A DNA stretch of 64,000 nt from assembly GCA_963663405.2 (NCBI GenBank), contig CAXXSM010000050.1, forward strand, positions 1 to 64,000. The letters run 5' to 3'. The number at the start of each line of letters is the position of its first letter. Position 1 is the stretch's first letter. Origin of the DNA: a bacterium (GTDB taxonomy: Bacteria; Hinthialibacterota; Hinthialibacteria; Hinthialibacterales; Hinthialibacteraceae). This document shows, piece after piece, positions 51,801-63,980 of the stretch. The notes beneath the pieces were generated by a model. It was not told the origin of the DNA, did not search any database, and saw nothing but the letters and a program-made list of their open reading frames with translations. Position numbers and translations under genes: made by a program.

Positions 51801-53621
51801 ATGAAAATCTGTATAAAAAAGTATGTTATCTCTCTCATTGAACTCGCGGCGTTTTTCATGGTTCTTGAGGTTTCATGCGCTGAAAAACAAACCTCCCCGT
51901 ATCATGGTAAGCTTTATACGGGAAGAGACGTTTTTTTCGGATACGTGGACCGTGGAGGACGCGCTGGGGAGACAATCGCCCGGATTCAAAGAATGCGGTC
52001 CTGTTAAAAAAGACAAATGGGTAGGCGTCTTCTATTGGACTTGGCACATTCCTGGACGGGGTGGACCTTATGACAATACGAAAATCATTGCAAAAGCCGA
52101 AGATGGCGTTGTGAAATGGCCGGAGAAACAAAGCGCGCATCACTGGGGAGAGCCGGAACTGGGATACTACCTAATGACCGATCCATTCGTGATTCGGAAA
52201 CACGCCACTATGCTCACGGACGCTGGCGTCGATGTCATCTTATTCGACACCACCAATCCCCCTTTCACCTGGAAAGACCAGTATGAAGCGTTGTGCCGCG
52301 AATACACGGCTATGCGAAAAGAGGGCGCCCGCACACCATCAATCGGTTTCATCGCGCCGTTCGGCGATCCCTGCCCCGTCACCGATCAACTTTGGCGCGA
52401 TTTATACAAACCCGGACAATGGAAAGACTTGTGGTTTATTTGGGACGGCAAGCCCTTTCTGCTAGCCAATAAAGAGTATATCAAAGATCAGGAGATGCTG
52501 AATTTCTTCACTTTCCGGCGCCCGATGCCCGATTATTGGATCGGTCCCACGGGCCCGGATCAATGGAGTTGGCTAGAAGTGTACCCACAGCATATTTTTA
52601 AAAACAGCCGGGGAGAGATCGAACAGATGAGCGCGGGTGTCGCGCAGAACGCTTTGCCCAATACCCCTGGACCAGCACCCATGAGTCATAAATCCGGCGC
52701 GATGGGCCGCAGTTGGCATAATGGAAAAAAAGACAGCCGGGAAGACGCAGTCAACTGGGGGCTGAATTTCGACGAGCAATGGACACGCGTGATGGAAGTG
52801 AATCCAAAATTCGTTTTCGTGACGGGATGGAACGAATGGATTGCGGGCCGGTTTTTTAAAATGGTCTAAATACACCGATCAAGACAGTTACTATCCTGGT
52901 GGATTATTTGTCGATCAATACACGCAGGAATACAGCCGTGACTGCGAACCTATGCGTGGAGGGCATGGAGATAATTATTACTACCAATTGGCGAGTTGGA
53001 TACGCCGCTTCAAAGGCGTCCCGGGAACGTCCTAAGGCCCAAGGCCCCAGTTCAATCTCCATCGATGGATCATTCAGCGATTGGCGCAACGTTGCCCCCG
53101 AATTCCGTGACACGATCGGTGATACCATCCACCGCGATCACAAAGGATACGGCGATCTCGTCTACCAAAACAATACCGGCCGCAACGATTTCGTTATCTC
53201 CAAAGCTGCGTATAATGAACAGAATCTCTTCTTCTTCGCTCAAACGAAAGATCCAATCACTCCTCATACGGATCCACACTGGATGTTATTACTCATCGAC
53301 GCCGATCAAAACACAAAAACCGGCTGGCTCGGATACGATTACCTCATTAATCTTGAAACGAAAAATGACAACATGACATCCATTCACGAATGGATCGACA
53401 AACAATGGAAACGGACAGGAACCGCAACATACCATGTAAACGGCAACGGCCTGGAACTATCCATCCCAAGAACAGCGATTCAAGAAATCAAAGATCCCCC
53501 CTCCTTCGATTTCCACTGGGCGGACAACATCCAAAGTTTTGAAGGTGTATCTGAATTCGGCCTCAACGGAGACAGCGCCCCAAACCGGCGATGGAATTAC
53601 CGATATGAAGTGGAGAAGTAA
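51801..53621 (+). CDS. Secreted putative glycoside hydrolase (GH71/GH99-like barrel), frameshifted
   Basis: VGVFYWTWH, WGEPELGYY, VIRKHATMLTDAGVD, TGWNEW, EYSRDCEP spread across several frames. Confidence 0.6.
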
Positions 53622-53780
53622 GTTTTTCTAATCTTTAAAGAAAAAAGACATTTCAATTTATACTAATATGATTCAACATGGGGCTATTTTGGAGTAGGTA
53701 TAGATCATGCTAGAAGACAAACTTGAAATTCCTAACAGCATAAATGGCTAAAAAAAATGGTGATTATGATTTTTATGAGC

Positions 53781-54176
53781 TTATTCTTCACATTGTGAAA
53801 GAAGTAATTTTATTACATTCCTCACAGAGTCAGACTGTAAAATTTCCTCTAATTTAAGGATAAAAGCATCCTCATCTATACAATTATGCCTCCTGTCATT
53901 AACACCATCCCATATTTTAAGAGGATATAATTTTGGCGGATACACAACACGTAACATATCATAGCTATAATTACCGAGTGGAGGCACGATTATTCTTAAT
54001 ACATTCTCGAAATAATCACCACCAATTTTACTCACTTTTACATCTCCCATGAGGACATTATTCGTCAATTCTCCTAACATTCTTGCCTGTTCCCGCAGAA
54101 TATTAGCCGGTGTTCGGAATGTGCCTAAATCTCCTAAATCACCCCAAAGATTTCTCTTTACAGTGTTCGTAACCAT
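53781..54176 (-). CDS. Conserved hypothetical protein, partner of the EEP nuclease
   Basis: LW...TP..ILREQA..L..LT...L.G.V pattern; overlaps the upstream gene; AT-rich. Confidence 0.7.
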   Translation of the reverse strand: MVTNTVKRNLWGDLGDLGTFRTPANILREQARMLGELTNNVLMGDVKVSKIGGDYFENVLRIIVPPLGNYSYDMLRVVYPPKLYPLKIWDGVNDRRHNCIDEDAFILKLEEILQSDSVRNVIKLLLSQCEE

Positions 54177-55009
54177 TTTTTATTCCTCAATCGAAATAAG
54201 ATAGGCAGATGATCGGATGATATTTCTTTATCTGGAATACCTTGTGAATCGACAAGATTCATCGAATCCACTCGCGTTATTATCTCAACATCCTCTGTAC
54301 AAAAACTATCGAGCAATTCAGGTCGGACCAACACCTGATCGAACAGATTCCAGAAATAATTAACCTGACCTGTATTATTATAATAATATGTGCCAGGAGA
54401 ACCTATAGAAGTGTCTCCAAAAAAATTCCACATTGGATTGTAAAAGAATTTTCGCTCATCTCCTTTTACATTACGCGATCCTTTTTGTGCAATCCGACGG
54501 TCCATCACACCATGAAGCGCATCCGCGCCAGCGATTCCTGACTCAAATGGGTTCATATTAAAATCACCAACAATAAGTGTTCTTGCATGGCCAACTTTCT
54601 GTTCCGCCTCCTCGATAATGCTTATCAAACGGACACCGTTAATAAATTGATCGGATTCATCTTGATACAGTTTACTCGGTAAATGAACAGCTGCAAAAAG
54701 AATATCGTCCCCAATTGGAGGCTCGAAGTGATAAAGACTCACGTAACTATTTATCCCATGCATGATATGTTCAGAAACAGGATGCAGCAATTCAGCGGAA
54801 AAACGAGTAAAGACTCTAAGGCGTTCAGACATACTAAAACAATTTTGAAATTTATACTTTTGACCATCATTTAAAGAATCTAAAAGAGTGGTAATAGGAA
54901 TCTCGCATTCGGCAAGGATCAATATATCCACATCCCGCTCATTCGCAGCCGATGCGATGAGTTTTTCTATTCTTCGCCTGCCAATATTCCAAAAAAGAAA
55001 CGTCAACAT
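54158..55009 (-). CDS. Endonuclease/exonuclease/phosphatase (EEP) family protein
   Basis: FWN, DILILAE, VHLPSK, GDFNMNP, DQVL, SDHLPI catalytic motifs. Confidence 0.88.
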   Translation of the reverse strand: MLTFLFWNIGRRRIEKLIASAANERDVDILILAECEIPITTLLDSLNDGQKYKFQNCFSMSERLRVFTRFSAELLHPVSEHIMHGINSYVSLYHFEPPIGDDILFAAVHLPSKLYQDESDQFINGVRLISIIEEAEQKVGHARTLIVGDFNMNPFESGIAGADALHGVMDRRIAQKGSRNVKGDERKFFYNPMWNFFGDTSIGSPGTYYYNNTGQVNYFWNLFDQVLVRPELLDSFCTEDVEIITRVDSMNLVDSQGIPDKEISSDHLPILFRLRNKKWLRTL

Positions 55010-55213
55010 AATTCAATCCAATATGGATAGAAACCAAAATCACTTACTTTGATGTTTTTCGCCGAACTCAATCAATCCCTTATTCTATCAAATCCTTCAA
55101 GGCCATAATAGAGCTACACAATATCCCCCCCCCTCCTCCGAAAACATTGACAGAATCGTCCAAAACTGGGTTAATATAAGTTTTATTCCTGAGGAAAACG
55201 AGGCTGGAAGGAT

Positions 55214-56689
55214 ATGGTTGAAGCCTTTGAGTTAACCGCTTGTGAGGCGGCGGACGCGTTGCGGAAAAAGGAACTTTCGGCGCGGGAGTTGGTGGCTTCC
55301 ACGCTGGGACGGATCGAGCGCGTTGAGAAAGATATTCACGCGTATCAACTCGTGCTAAAGGATTACGCGGAACAACGGGCGGCCGCCATCGATGAGCGGC
55401 GAGCGAAGGGAGACGATCTCCCCCCCTGGGCGGGGATTCCGATCGCGTTGAAAGACAATTTCTGCCTGCGTGATTTCCCAGCGACTTGTTCGTCAAGAAT
55501 CCTGGAAAATTTTATCCCCCCCCTACAATGGAACCGTTGTTCAGAAGATCCTCGACGCGGGGTTGATTCCGATTGGGAAAACCAATCTAGATGAATTCGC
55601 TATGGGATCCTCGACGGAAAACTCAGCGTTCGGCCGTACGATGAATCCGTGGGATTTATCCCGTGTGCCCGGTGGATCGAGTGGCGGTTCCGCCGCCGCG
55701 ATTATCGCGGACGAAACAGCGCTGGCGCTCGGTTCCGACACGGGAGGATCGATCCGGCAGCCCGCCGCATTCTGCTCGATCACCGGTATTAAACCTACGT
55801 ATGGGCGCGTTTCCCGGTATGGTCTTGTGGCGTTCGCCTCTTCGCTGGATCAAATCGGTCCGATGACAAAAGACGTGAAGGACGCCGCCGGGCTTTTGCA
55901 GATTATTTCCGGTCCCGATCCAAACGATTCCACTTCCATCAATCAACCTGTCCCCGATTATCCCGCCGCGCTGACGGGTGATGTCAAAGGACTCCGGATT
56001 GGAATACCAAAGGAGTATACTATCGAGGGAATGAATCCGGAGATCAAAACGGTTTGGGACGCGGCGGCCCGGTATTATGAAGGGCAAGGCGCCATTTGTA
56101 CGGAAATCTCTCTACCCCACACCGAATACGCCATCGCTACCTATTATATGATCTGCACGGCGGAAGCGTCGAGTAATCTGGCGCGATATGATGGCGTTGT
56201 GTATGGATATCGCGGCTCATCCGCGGACAATCTGATCGACATGTACTGCAAAACCCGCAGCGAGGGATTCGGCGCGGAGGTGAAACGGCGGATTATGCTG
56301 GGAACGTATGTGCTCAGCGCCGGTTATTTTGAAGCCTACTACCGCCGGGCGCAGCGGGTGCGGAATCTAATTAAACAGGATTTCGATACCGCGTTTCAGA
56401 GCGTCGATGTGGTTCTCTGTCCAGCCACGCCTTCACCGCCATTCAAGGCGGGAGAGAAGACCGGCGATCCGCTGGAGATGTATCTTTCGGATGTGTTTAC
56501 CGCGCCATTGAATTTGGCGGTCTGCCGGGAATTGTCTTGCCGGGTGGTTTCAGCGCTGATGGATTGCCGATCGGCGTCCAGCTGATCGGCCCGCCGCTTA
56601 GTGAGGAAAGGCTGCTTAACATATCCCACTGCTTCCAGCTGGGAACCAGTCATCACACAAAGAGACCTTCCTTAAACGGCTCCGGTTGA
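55214..56689 (+). CDS. gatA: Glu/Asp-tRNA amidotransferase subunit A (two frameshifts)
   Basis: [64 protein letters not shown]. Confidence 0.95.
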
Positions 56690-56774
56690 TCCGTTCTCCA
56701 CAAAACACGATTAATTATATTGGGAGAATCGCCCGGTAAGCGGGGATTGGACACATCACGGAAAAAGGTTTGGA

Positions 56775-57719
56775 ATGAACGCTCCGTTTACAATCAACAT
56801 GGTTTGCACGGGAAACACGTGCCGCAGCCCTATCGCAGAAGTTCTTCTCCGGAAGCGGCTGCAAGACGAAGGCCTATATAATAATGTAAAAGTTCTCTCC
56901 TCAGGCACGGCGGCATGGGAAGGTATGGCCGCTTCGGGAGGCGCGGAAGAAGCGGTGATGAAACGTGGCGCTTCACTGGATGGATTCCGCTCGCGAGTTC
57001 TGACGAAAGAATTGGCGGAAGAGTCCGATCTGATCGTGGCGATGCATCGCAGCCATCTTGAATTTATCGAAGAACATTATCCATCCTGCGCGGATAAAGT
57101 CCGAATTCTAGGTGGCTTTCTCCCTCAAAACGCCCCTTTGGATATCCCCGATCCTATTGGAGGAGACGAGGCGTGTTTTGAGAACGCCGCCCGGTTGATT
57201 GATGAAGGAATCACCCAACTTATTAAAGAGTGGCCTCAAGTGAAAAGCAGATTTTATGACAACAAAGAGTTGACTCTCGCCATCGGCTGCGATCATCGCG
57301 GCTTTCAAGCGAAAGAAGCGCTGAAACAATCGCTCGAAAAAGAAGGCGTTTCTTACATTGATTGCGGCGCCTATTCAGCGCATTCCTGCGACCACCCGGA
57401 TTTTGCGTTCCAAGTATCGGAGTTGGTTTCCCTTGGGAAGGTGGACCGGGGTGTGCTGATCTGCGCGACCGGCCACGGGATGTTACTGTCGGCCAACCGA
57501 GTGACCGGTGTCCGCGCCATTCTCCCTATCAATACAGAACACGCCATTCTTTCACGCACTCACAATAATTCCAACGTGCTGGCGTTTGGCGCTGATTTCA
57601 TCGCCCAGGAAGAAATTCTGAATATAGTCCACGCGTGGTTGAAATCGGAATATTTTGGTGGAAAATATCAGCGCCGTGTCAATAAAATCTCTGCATATGA
57701 AAGAAACGCGCGGCGTTGA
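56775..57719 (+). CDS. rpiB: Fusion of LMW protein-arginine/tyrosine phosphatase (YwlE-like) and ribose-5-phosphate isomerase B
   Basis: CTGNTCRS and DIPDP; then GCDHRG, ICATGHGM, SRTHNNSN, RRVNKI. Confidence 0.88.
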   Translation: MNAPFTINMVCTGNTCRSPIAEVLLRKRLQDEGLYNNVKVLSSGTAAWEGMAASGGAEEAVMKRGASLDGFRSRVLTKELAEESDLIVAMHRSHLEFIEEHYPSCADKVRILGGFLPQNAPLDIPDPIGGDEACFENAARLIDEGITQLIKEWPQVKSRFYDNKELTLAIGCDHRGFQAKEALKQSLEKEGVSYIDCGAYSAHSCDHPDFAFQVSELVSLGKVDRGVLICATGHGMLLSANRVTGVRAILPINTEHAILSRTHNNSNVLAFGADFIAQEEILNIVHAWLKSEYFGGKYQRRVNKISAYERNARR

Positions 57720-57860
57720 CCGGGAATCCTGGACAATCCTCCCATTCGGTTTATTATGTCGAAGAGAAGTTCCGGTGGACAATATGTCTTCAATAACAGC
57801 ATTGAAGCAATTACGTATTTTACATTTTTACTAATGAATTGGAAATAAAGGAGCAGGCTG

Positions 57861-59108
57861 GTGTTGGAACATGTACAACAGATCGACCCAGAGATCTACA
57901 AGGCGCTGCGGCTGGAAGTGAACCGGCAGCATTCCAAATTGGAAATGATCGCGTCGGAGAATTTTGTGTCCGAAGCCGTTCTAGAAGCAATGGGCACGCC
58001 GCTCACAAACAAATACGCCGAGGGATATCCACGAAAACGGTATTATGGCGGCTGTGAATTTGTGGATGTCGCGGAACAATTGGCGATCGACCGGGCGAAA
58101 CAGCTCTTCAATGCCGATCACGCCAACGTGCAACCCCATTCCGGCTCGCAGGCGAATATGGCCGCCTACCTGGCGCTCGTGAAACCCCATGCCAAACTGA
58201 TGGGATTGGACTTGGCGCAGGGAGGTCACCTCACACACGGCAGCCCCGTCAATTTTTCAGGCGGCCTGTTTGAATTCGCTTCCTATGGAGTGAACCGGGA
58301 AACGGAACAGATCGATCTTGGTGAGTTTCAACGGGCGCTGGAGGAATTCCGCCCGGAACTCGTCATCCTCGGCGCCTCGGCTTACCCGCGCACGCTGGAT
58401 TTCAAAAAAATGGCGGAGATTATTCACAATGTTGGCGCCAAGGCGCTCTCGGATATCGCCCATATCGCCGGATTGGTCGTCGCGGATCTCCATCCACACC
58501 CGTTTCCTGAAATTGACGTGGTGACGACAACGACTCATAAAACCCTGCGCGGCCCACGCGGCGGATTGATCCTTTGCAAAGAAGAGTACGCGAAAGCGAT
58601 CAACAAACATATTTTTCCCGGCAGCCAGGGCGGTCCTCTCATGCACATCATCGCGGCGAAAGCGGTCGCGTTTCAAGAAGCCCTTCAACCAGAGTTTAAA
58701 ACGTATCAAAAGCAGATTATCGACAACGCCAAGGCTCTTGAGAATACCTTTAACCAGAGAGATATCCGCATGATCTCCGGCGGAACGGACACGCACCTGC
58801 TTCTCTTGGATGTGGGACATAATGGTTTGACAGGAAAAGAGTCGGAAAAAGCCTTGGACCGCGCGTTTATTACCGTCAACAAAAATATGATCCCGTTCGA
58901 CACTCAAACTCCATTTGTCACCAGCGGGATCCGTATCGGGACACCAGCGCTGACATCGCGGGGCATGGGTGTGGATGAAATGACCCAGATCGCCAATTGG
59001 ATCGCCGATATATTGGAATCGAAACTGGATGAAAATGTGCTCGAAACTGTGGGTCAAAAAGTTGCGGAATTGGTAGACGCATTTCCACTCTATACGCGCT
59101 GGCGGTAA
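57861..59108 (+). CDS. glyA: Serine hydroxymethyltransferase
   Basis: [41 protein letters not shown]. Confidence 0.98.
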   Translation: MLEHVQQIDPEIYKALRLEVNRQHSKLEMIASENFVSEAVLEAMGTPLTNKYAEGYPRKRYYGGCEFVDVAEQLAIDRAKQLFNADHANVQPHSGSQANMAAYLALVKPHAKLMGLDLAQGGHLTHGSPVNFSGGLFEFASYGVNRETEQIDLGEFQRALEEFRPELVILGASAYPRTLDFKKMAEIIHNVGAKALSDIAHIAGLVVADLHPHPFPEIDVVTTTTHKTLRGPRGGLILCKEEYAKAINKHIFPGSQGGPLMHIIAAKAVAFQEALQPEFKTYQKQIIDNAKALENTFNQRDIRMISGGTDTHLLLLDVGHNGLTGKESEKALDRAFITVNKNMIPFDTQTPFVTSGIRIGTPALTSRGMGVDEMTQIANWIADILESKLDENVLETVGQKVAELVDAFPLYTRWR

Positions 59109-59164
59109 AATCCGTCGAGCATGGTTGACAAAACCGGTTCGATTTTTGAAGGGATGAGCGTACG

Positions 59165-59725
59165 ATGAAATGTCCATTTTGCGGGGCCGGGAATGACAAA
59201 GTCGTTGATTCACGGTCGATGGGAGATGGAGTCAGCATCCGGCGCCGGCGGGAATGCCTGCAATGCAACAATCGCTTCACCACCTATGAGCGGATAGAAG
59301 ATATCCCGCTGAAAATCATTAAACGCAACCAGAATCGCGAAAGCTACGATCGGAGAAAAATAGCCAAAGGGATTCAAATCGCCTGTCAAAAGCGCCCGGT
59401 CTCGACTCAGCAAATCGAAGAGATCACGGATAAAATCGAACATAAACTCCTTTCTGGCTCCGACCGGGAGATTCCCAGCCATGTCATCGGCGAAGCAGTA
59501 ATGAAAGAATTGAGTCAATTGGATCAAGTCGCTTACGTCCGCTTCGCCTCGGTCTACCGGCAGTTTAAAGACGTCAATCAGTTCTTCGAAGAACTGTCAC
59601 GCATGATGGAAGAAAAACAAAACACGAGCGCCGTCCACGACACACAACTGTCACTTCTTAACCTTCAACACGAACAATTCGCGCAAGAGACCGCCCGGAA
59701 ACGGGGTGGCCGGAAGATGAAATGA
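59165..59725 (+). CDS. nrdR: Transcriptional repressor NrdR
   Basis: MKCPFC, IRRRREC..C..RFTTYE, VAYVRFASVYR. Confidence 0.97.
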   Translation: MKCPFCGAGNDKVVDSRSMGDGVSIRRRRECLQCNNRFTTYERIEDIPLKIIKRNQNRESYDRRKIAKGIQIACQKRPVSTQQIEEITDKIEHKLLSGSDREIPSHVIGEAVMKELSQLDQVAYVRFASVYRQFKDVNQFFEELSRMMEEKQNTSAVHDTQLSLLNLQHEQFAQETARKRGGRKMK

Positions 59726-59735
59726 ACGTGGCGAC

Positions 59736-61641
59736 ATGACAGAATTGTTTGAAAGCAACCTACGCCTTTTATCCGAATACGATCCAATTCTCGCGGATCT
59801 GCTTCGCTGGAACGAACCGGGCGGCGCCGTTGAAACATTTCCCACACCCGCCGGGGCGCCTTCTCTGCGATATAAAAAGGACGGTATCTTTCAACCGATC
59901 CATAGCGCCCATGATCCCATACGCGAAGCGCTGCGATGGGCCGCCAGGATCGAATTAAATCCACCTGTCTACAACGTAATGATCTTCGGCGCGGGGATGA
60001 TGTATCACTGTTTTGAATTGGTTTAAAAAATATCTCGCCAATATGCAAAACGTCGTGATTGTGGAACACAGTCTTGAAATCCTGCGCGCCGCCTTCACAT
60101 ACGTCGATCTCAGCCCGTTTTTACGCACGAAATCCACTTTTTTCCTGATCAATCCATCCCCTCAGGATGTGCGGGATTTTTTCAACCAGCGGATGACCCA
60201 ATTCACCTTAAACGGTTTAGAAATCGTCAAACATCCCGCGTCTTGGGAACTGGCGCCGGATTTCTACTTGCACACATTCAAGACCGTCGAGGAATGCCTT
60301 CAGGGGGGAGAGATTCTTCTCCGCACCAAAGTGCAAATGGGAGGGATGATCCAAGAGAATATTTACCGTAATCTGCCCGCCGTTCTCTCCAATCCCAACG
60401 CCTCGGCGCTTCACTCCATTTTATCCGGCGTACCCGCTTATGTGGTTGGCGCGGGGCCATCGCTGGATTGGAACGTTCACCAATTAGCCGGTGTGAAAGA
60501 CAGCGGTGTCATCATCGCGGTAGACACGGTTTGGAAAAAACTGCGGGAACAGGATATTCATCCGCATCTCGTCGTCACAAGCGATCCCACATACTTAAAC
60601 GCGCGGCATTTTGAAGGCATGGAAGAGCTGGGAGAAACGATCCTCATCTTCGCCCCTAGCGTCTATCATGAAATCCCCAAAAAACTGATGGGCACAAAAA
60701 TCTCCCTGCCAATGCCCGCATCGAAATTCCTCAATGCGCTGAGTGATGTCTTGGGGGATATGTCCTATATGGCGGTGGGGACTAACGTGGGTCAAACCTG
60801 TTTTAACCTCGCCCGATATCTTGGCTGCTCACCCATCATTCTAGTAGGCATGGATCTCTCATTTCCCAAAGATGGAGGAACCACCCACGCCGCTGGAACC
60901 GCTTTCCGCCGTCGGATTGAGACTGGGCAGACACCCGGTAAAATGACCGTCGAATTGATCAGCGAGACGCCGGAGTGGGAAGAATTTGATCCGATCCTCA
61001 TTCCCGGCGTTCTGGGAAATGAAGTGGCGACCAACAAATTCTGGCTCGCCTACCTCCGCTCGTTAGAGGTGGAAATACAGAAGACCGAATCCAAAGTAAT
61101 TAATTGCACCGAAGGGGGAGCGCGCATTGATGGAACGGAAATCCGTACTTTAGCTGATGTGGTGGAAGAATACGGCGGCAAAGAGCGCATGGTTCAAAAC
61201 ACTCTCCAAATGTCCGTGGGATTTTTCTTCGGAGCCAGCATGGACGATGGAAAACCACTTCTTAAAGAAGGTTTGGACGTCTTTGCCTTCGCAGCGGAGA
61301 AATCAGAGGAGGGACTAAAAAGACTCAACGCCTTGGAAACAATCGCTGAAAGTCCTTCACCCAATCCCACGTTGCTGAAGGAGCAGATGGACGAAATACA
61401 GAAAATTCACGAAGCCTTGATCCAAGAGCATAAAATCTATGGGTTTCTGGATGAAGCCGCGGACCGGGTTCTCTTCCCTTTCTTGCGGCTGGAAAATCGT
61501 CCAAGCGGCAAAGAAATCACGGATGCGAATATCAAAAAAACAATCACGCGCTACCGCCCCTACTTTAAAGGCATGAAAGAACTCTGCGATCAGTTCAGCG
61601 CAATCGCCCGGGAAACATTGGAAACAATGAAGGATGAATAA
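59736..61641 (+). CDS. Motility-associated factor / MptE-like (DUF115) protein (frameshift near 60022)
   Basis: HSAHDPIREA, VVGAGPSLD, IIAVD, LGCSPIILVGMDL, INCTEGGARI. Confidence 0.8.
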
Positions 61642-61642
61642 T

Positions 61643-61664
61643 GGAGCGCGGGCGTCCCGCCCGT
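61643..61664 (+). repeat. REP-like palindrome
   Basis: GGAG followed by hairpin GCGGGCG-TCC-CGCCCGT just after a stop codon. Confidence 0.55.
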
Positions 61665-61740
61665 GAATTCGAATACCTTAAAAACTCCCTCAAGTTAATA
61701 GACAAACGATCAATATCGTGTAACATCAGATAGATACATC

Positions 61741-62277
61741 ATGATTATTCAACAAGAAGACCATCCAAATGTGACCGTGCTGGCGCTCACAGGGGATTTT
61801 ACAAATCCTTCAATTTCCGAATTGAAAACACGGATTGAAAAACTCCTTAATGAAAATCGGTGTAATATTGTAATGGATATGGAGGGTGTCAGTTTCATTG
61901 ACAGCCGGTCTATCATGCAGTTGCTGCGATTGAACCGCGAAGCTTTAGGCGCGGGGGGGGAGATCAAACTGCTGCGTCCGCGGAATATTGTCAAACGGTT
62001 TATGAATATTGGACATGTACTTGATCTGTTTGAACGATTCGAGACCAAAATCGAAGCGATCCAATCATTCGCCAATTCAAAAAGAAGCGGACGCGGAAGA
62101 ATCGAGCCTGTCAATAAAATCGCCGAAGCGAGTCTGCGCCAAAGACAAGTCTTGCTTCGTCTCATCGAATTATTACAGAAAAAAGGATATCTACATACTG
62201 AAGACTTTCAAAAAGCGCTGAAACAGTCCTCACAAAAGATCCTGGATATTTTCAGCAACGAGTTCCGATTTATATAA
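61741..62277 (+). CDS. STAS-domain anti-sigma factor antagonist with C-terminal extension
   Basis: LTGDF, IVMDMEGVSFIDS, GGEIKL. Confidence 0.8.
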   Translation: MIIQQEDHPNVTVLALTGDFTNPSISELKTRIEKLLNENRCNIVMDMEGVSFIDSRSIMQLLRLNREALGAGGEIKLLRPRNIVKRFMNIGHVLDLFERFETKIEAIQSFANSKRSGRGRIEPVNKIAEASLRQRQVLLRLIELLQKKGYLHTEDFQKALKQSSQKILDIFSNEFRFI

Positions 62278-62358
62278 TAAAAAACTAAACTATTAGAATT
62301 CTACTTGCACGTTCATTTTAGTTATAACCAAGGTGGAAAGAATTATTTATCAATATTA

Positions 62359-62457
62359 GTCTGAATCTGGATAGTCAGGATAAACAGGATTATAAAGATA
62401 TAGCAATCAATAAAAATCCTGGGTATCTTGTTCAATCCAGTATATCCAGATTCAGAC
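62359..62457. repeat. 99-bp element with perfect 15-bp terminal inverted repeats (MITE/REP-like)
   Basis: GTCTGAATCTGGATA ... TATCCAGATTCAGAC with internal CAGGAT/ATCCTG submotifs. Confidence 0.7.
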
Positions 62458-62535
62458 AAAAAATCCTCTTTGTTCCACTCGGCGCCCCAATCAAAATGAG
62501 CGTACTTATTTTCAATAGAGGTTCAAAAAAACACA

Positions 62536-63980
62536 ATGAATGACAAGTCGTATCGTGTCCGATTCGCTCCCAGTCCAACCGGGAATCCTCATGTAGGCAA
62601 TTTTCGCACAGCCCTGTATAACTATCTTTTCCGCGCGTCATCATGGTGGCGCGTTTCTGCTCCGGATCGAAGATACGGACAAAGAACGCTCAAAACCCGA
62701 ATACGAAGAAGCGATATTAGACAGTCTGCGATGGATGGGTATGGAGTATGATGAAGATCCCATCCGGCAAAGCGCCCGCATTGAACGGCACATCGCGGAA
62801 GCGAACCGCCTCTTAGCGGAAGGCAAAGCCTACCGCTGTCGATGTACCCCGGAAGAAGTGGACGCCCGCCGGAAAGAGCAAATGGCCGCCGGGCAGAATC
62901 CAATGTACGACGGGCGCTGTCGTGACGCGAACCACCCCGATGATGGCGCCCCGTTTTGCATCCGTCTCAAAACTCCCCGCGAAGGCGTCACGACGATCCA
63001 TGATCCAATCCGGGGCAATGTCGCGGTCCAAAACAATGAATTGGACGATCTCATAATCGTACGCACCGATGGCTCTCCAACCTATAATTTCGCCGTCGTC
63101 GTGTGACGATTACGATATGAAGATCACGCACGTCATCCGAGGCGACGACCATCTTAAAAACGGCGCTCGGCAAGCGATTATTTACCAAGCGCTGGGTTGC
63201 CCTCAACCCGTCTTCGCGCATCTGCCACAAATTCTGGGGGAAGATAAAACACGTCCTCTCCAAACGCCACGGCGCTACAGGTGTTCTTGAATACCGTGAA
63301 CAAGGCTATCTGCCACAGACGCTGATCAACTATCTCGCCCGGCTTGGATGGGGACACGGAGACCAGGAATTCTTCACAAAAGATGAACTGATCGAATTAT
63401 TCGAATTAGAAAATGTGAATAAATCCTCCGCCGTGTTTGATCCGAAAAAACTGGAATGGTTGAATGGAGAACATATCCGCGCGCTGTCCGTCGATGAATT
63501 AACGAATCATTTCACCGGCCATATTCATCGAAAATGCTATCTCACCCAAGATGAAGTAGACAAAGCGAAAGAAAGCGGGCTTCTTGAGAAATGCCGCGGG
63601 CGTGTACGCAGGTGCGCTCCAGCACGTTGGATGAGATGTTCGATTTCGTCCGATTCGTTTTTCAGGACAGCGTAACCTATCCTGAAAAACCGGCCCGAAA
63701 AACGTTCAAACCGGACGCGATGCAAGCCGTCGAAGACCTCGCGCAATACGCCGCCGGTTGTGGAGCCAAAGCGCCCAGCGATGAAGAGTGGGAAGCCAAG
63801 TTCAATGAAATCATGGAAACACGCGGCCTGAAGATGAGAGCCCTCGCTGGAGCGGTGCGGCTGGGATTGACCGGATCAACCATCAGCCCCCCCATCTTTG
63901 ACATTCTCAATCTACTTGGGCCGGAACGGGTAGCGCAACGCCTGCGCGAGGCGGTGGAGTTTTCGAAGACGATTTGTTAG
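62536..63980 (+). CDS. gltX: Glutamate-tRNA ligase (about 4 frameshifts)
   Basis: [50 protein letters not shown]. Confidence 0.95.

Noticed and set aside
58257-59213. 318-aa antisense ORF
   Set aside because: Shadow of glyA with no recognisable motifs
63100-63110. TGA recoding (selenocysteine or alternative code) in gltX
   Set aside because: The protein continues in another frame (VVDD with one extra base), and TGA serves as a normal stop elsewhere
55214-63980. Pseudogenisation or programmed frameshifting of gatA and gltX
   Set aside because: Essential genes with intact motifs and single-base indels mostly in homopolymers; consensus error is far more likely
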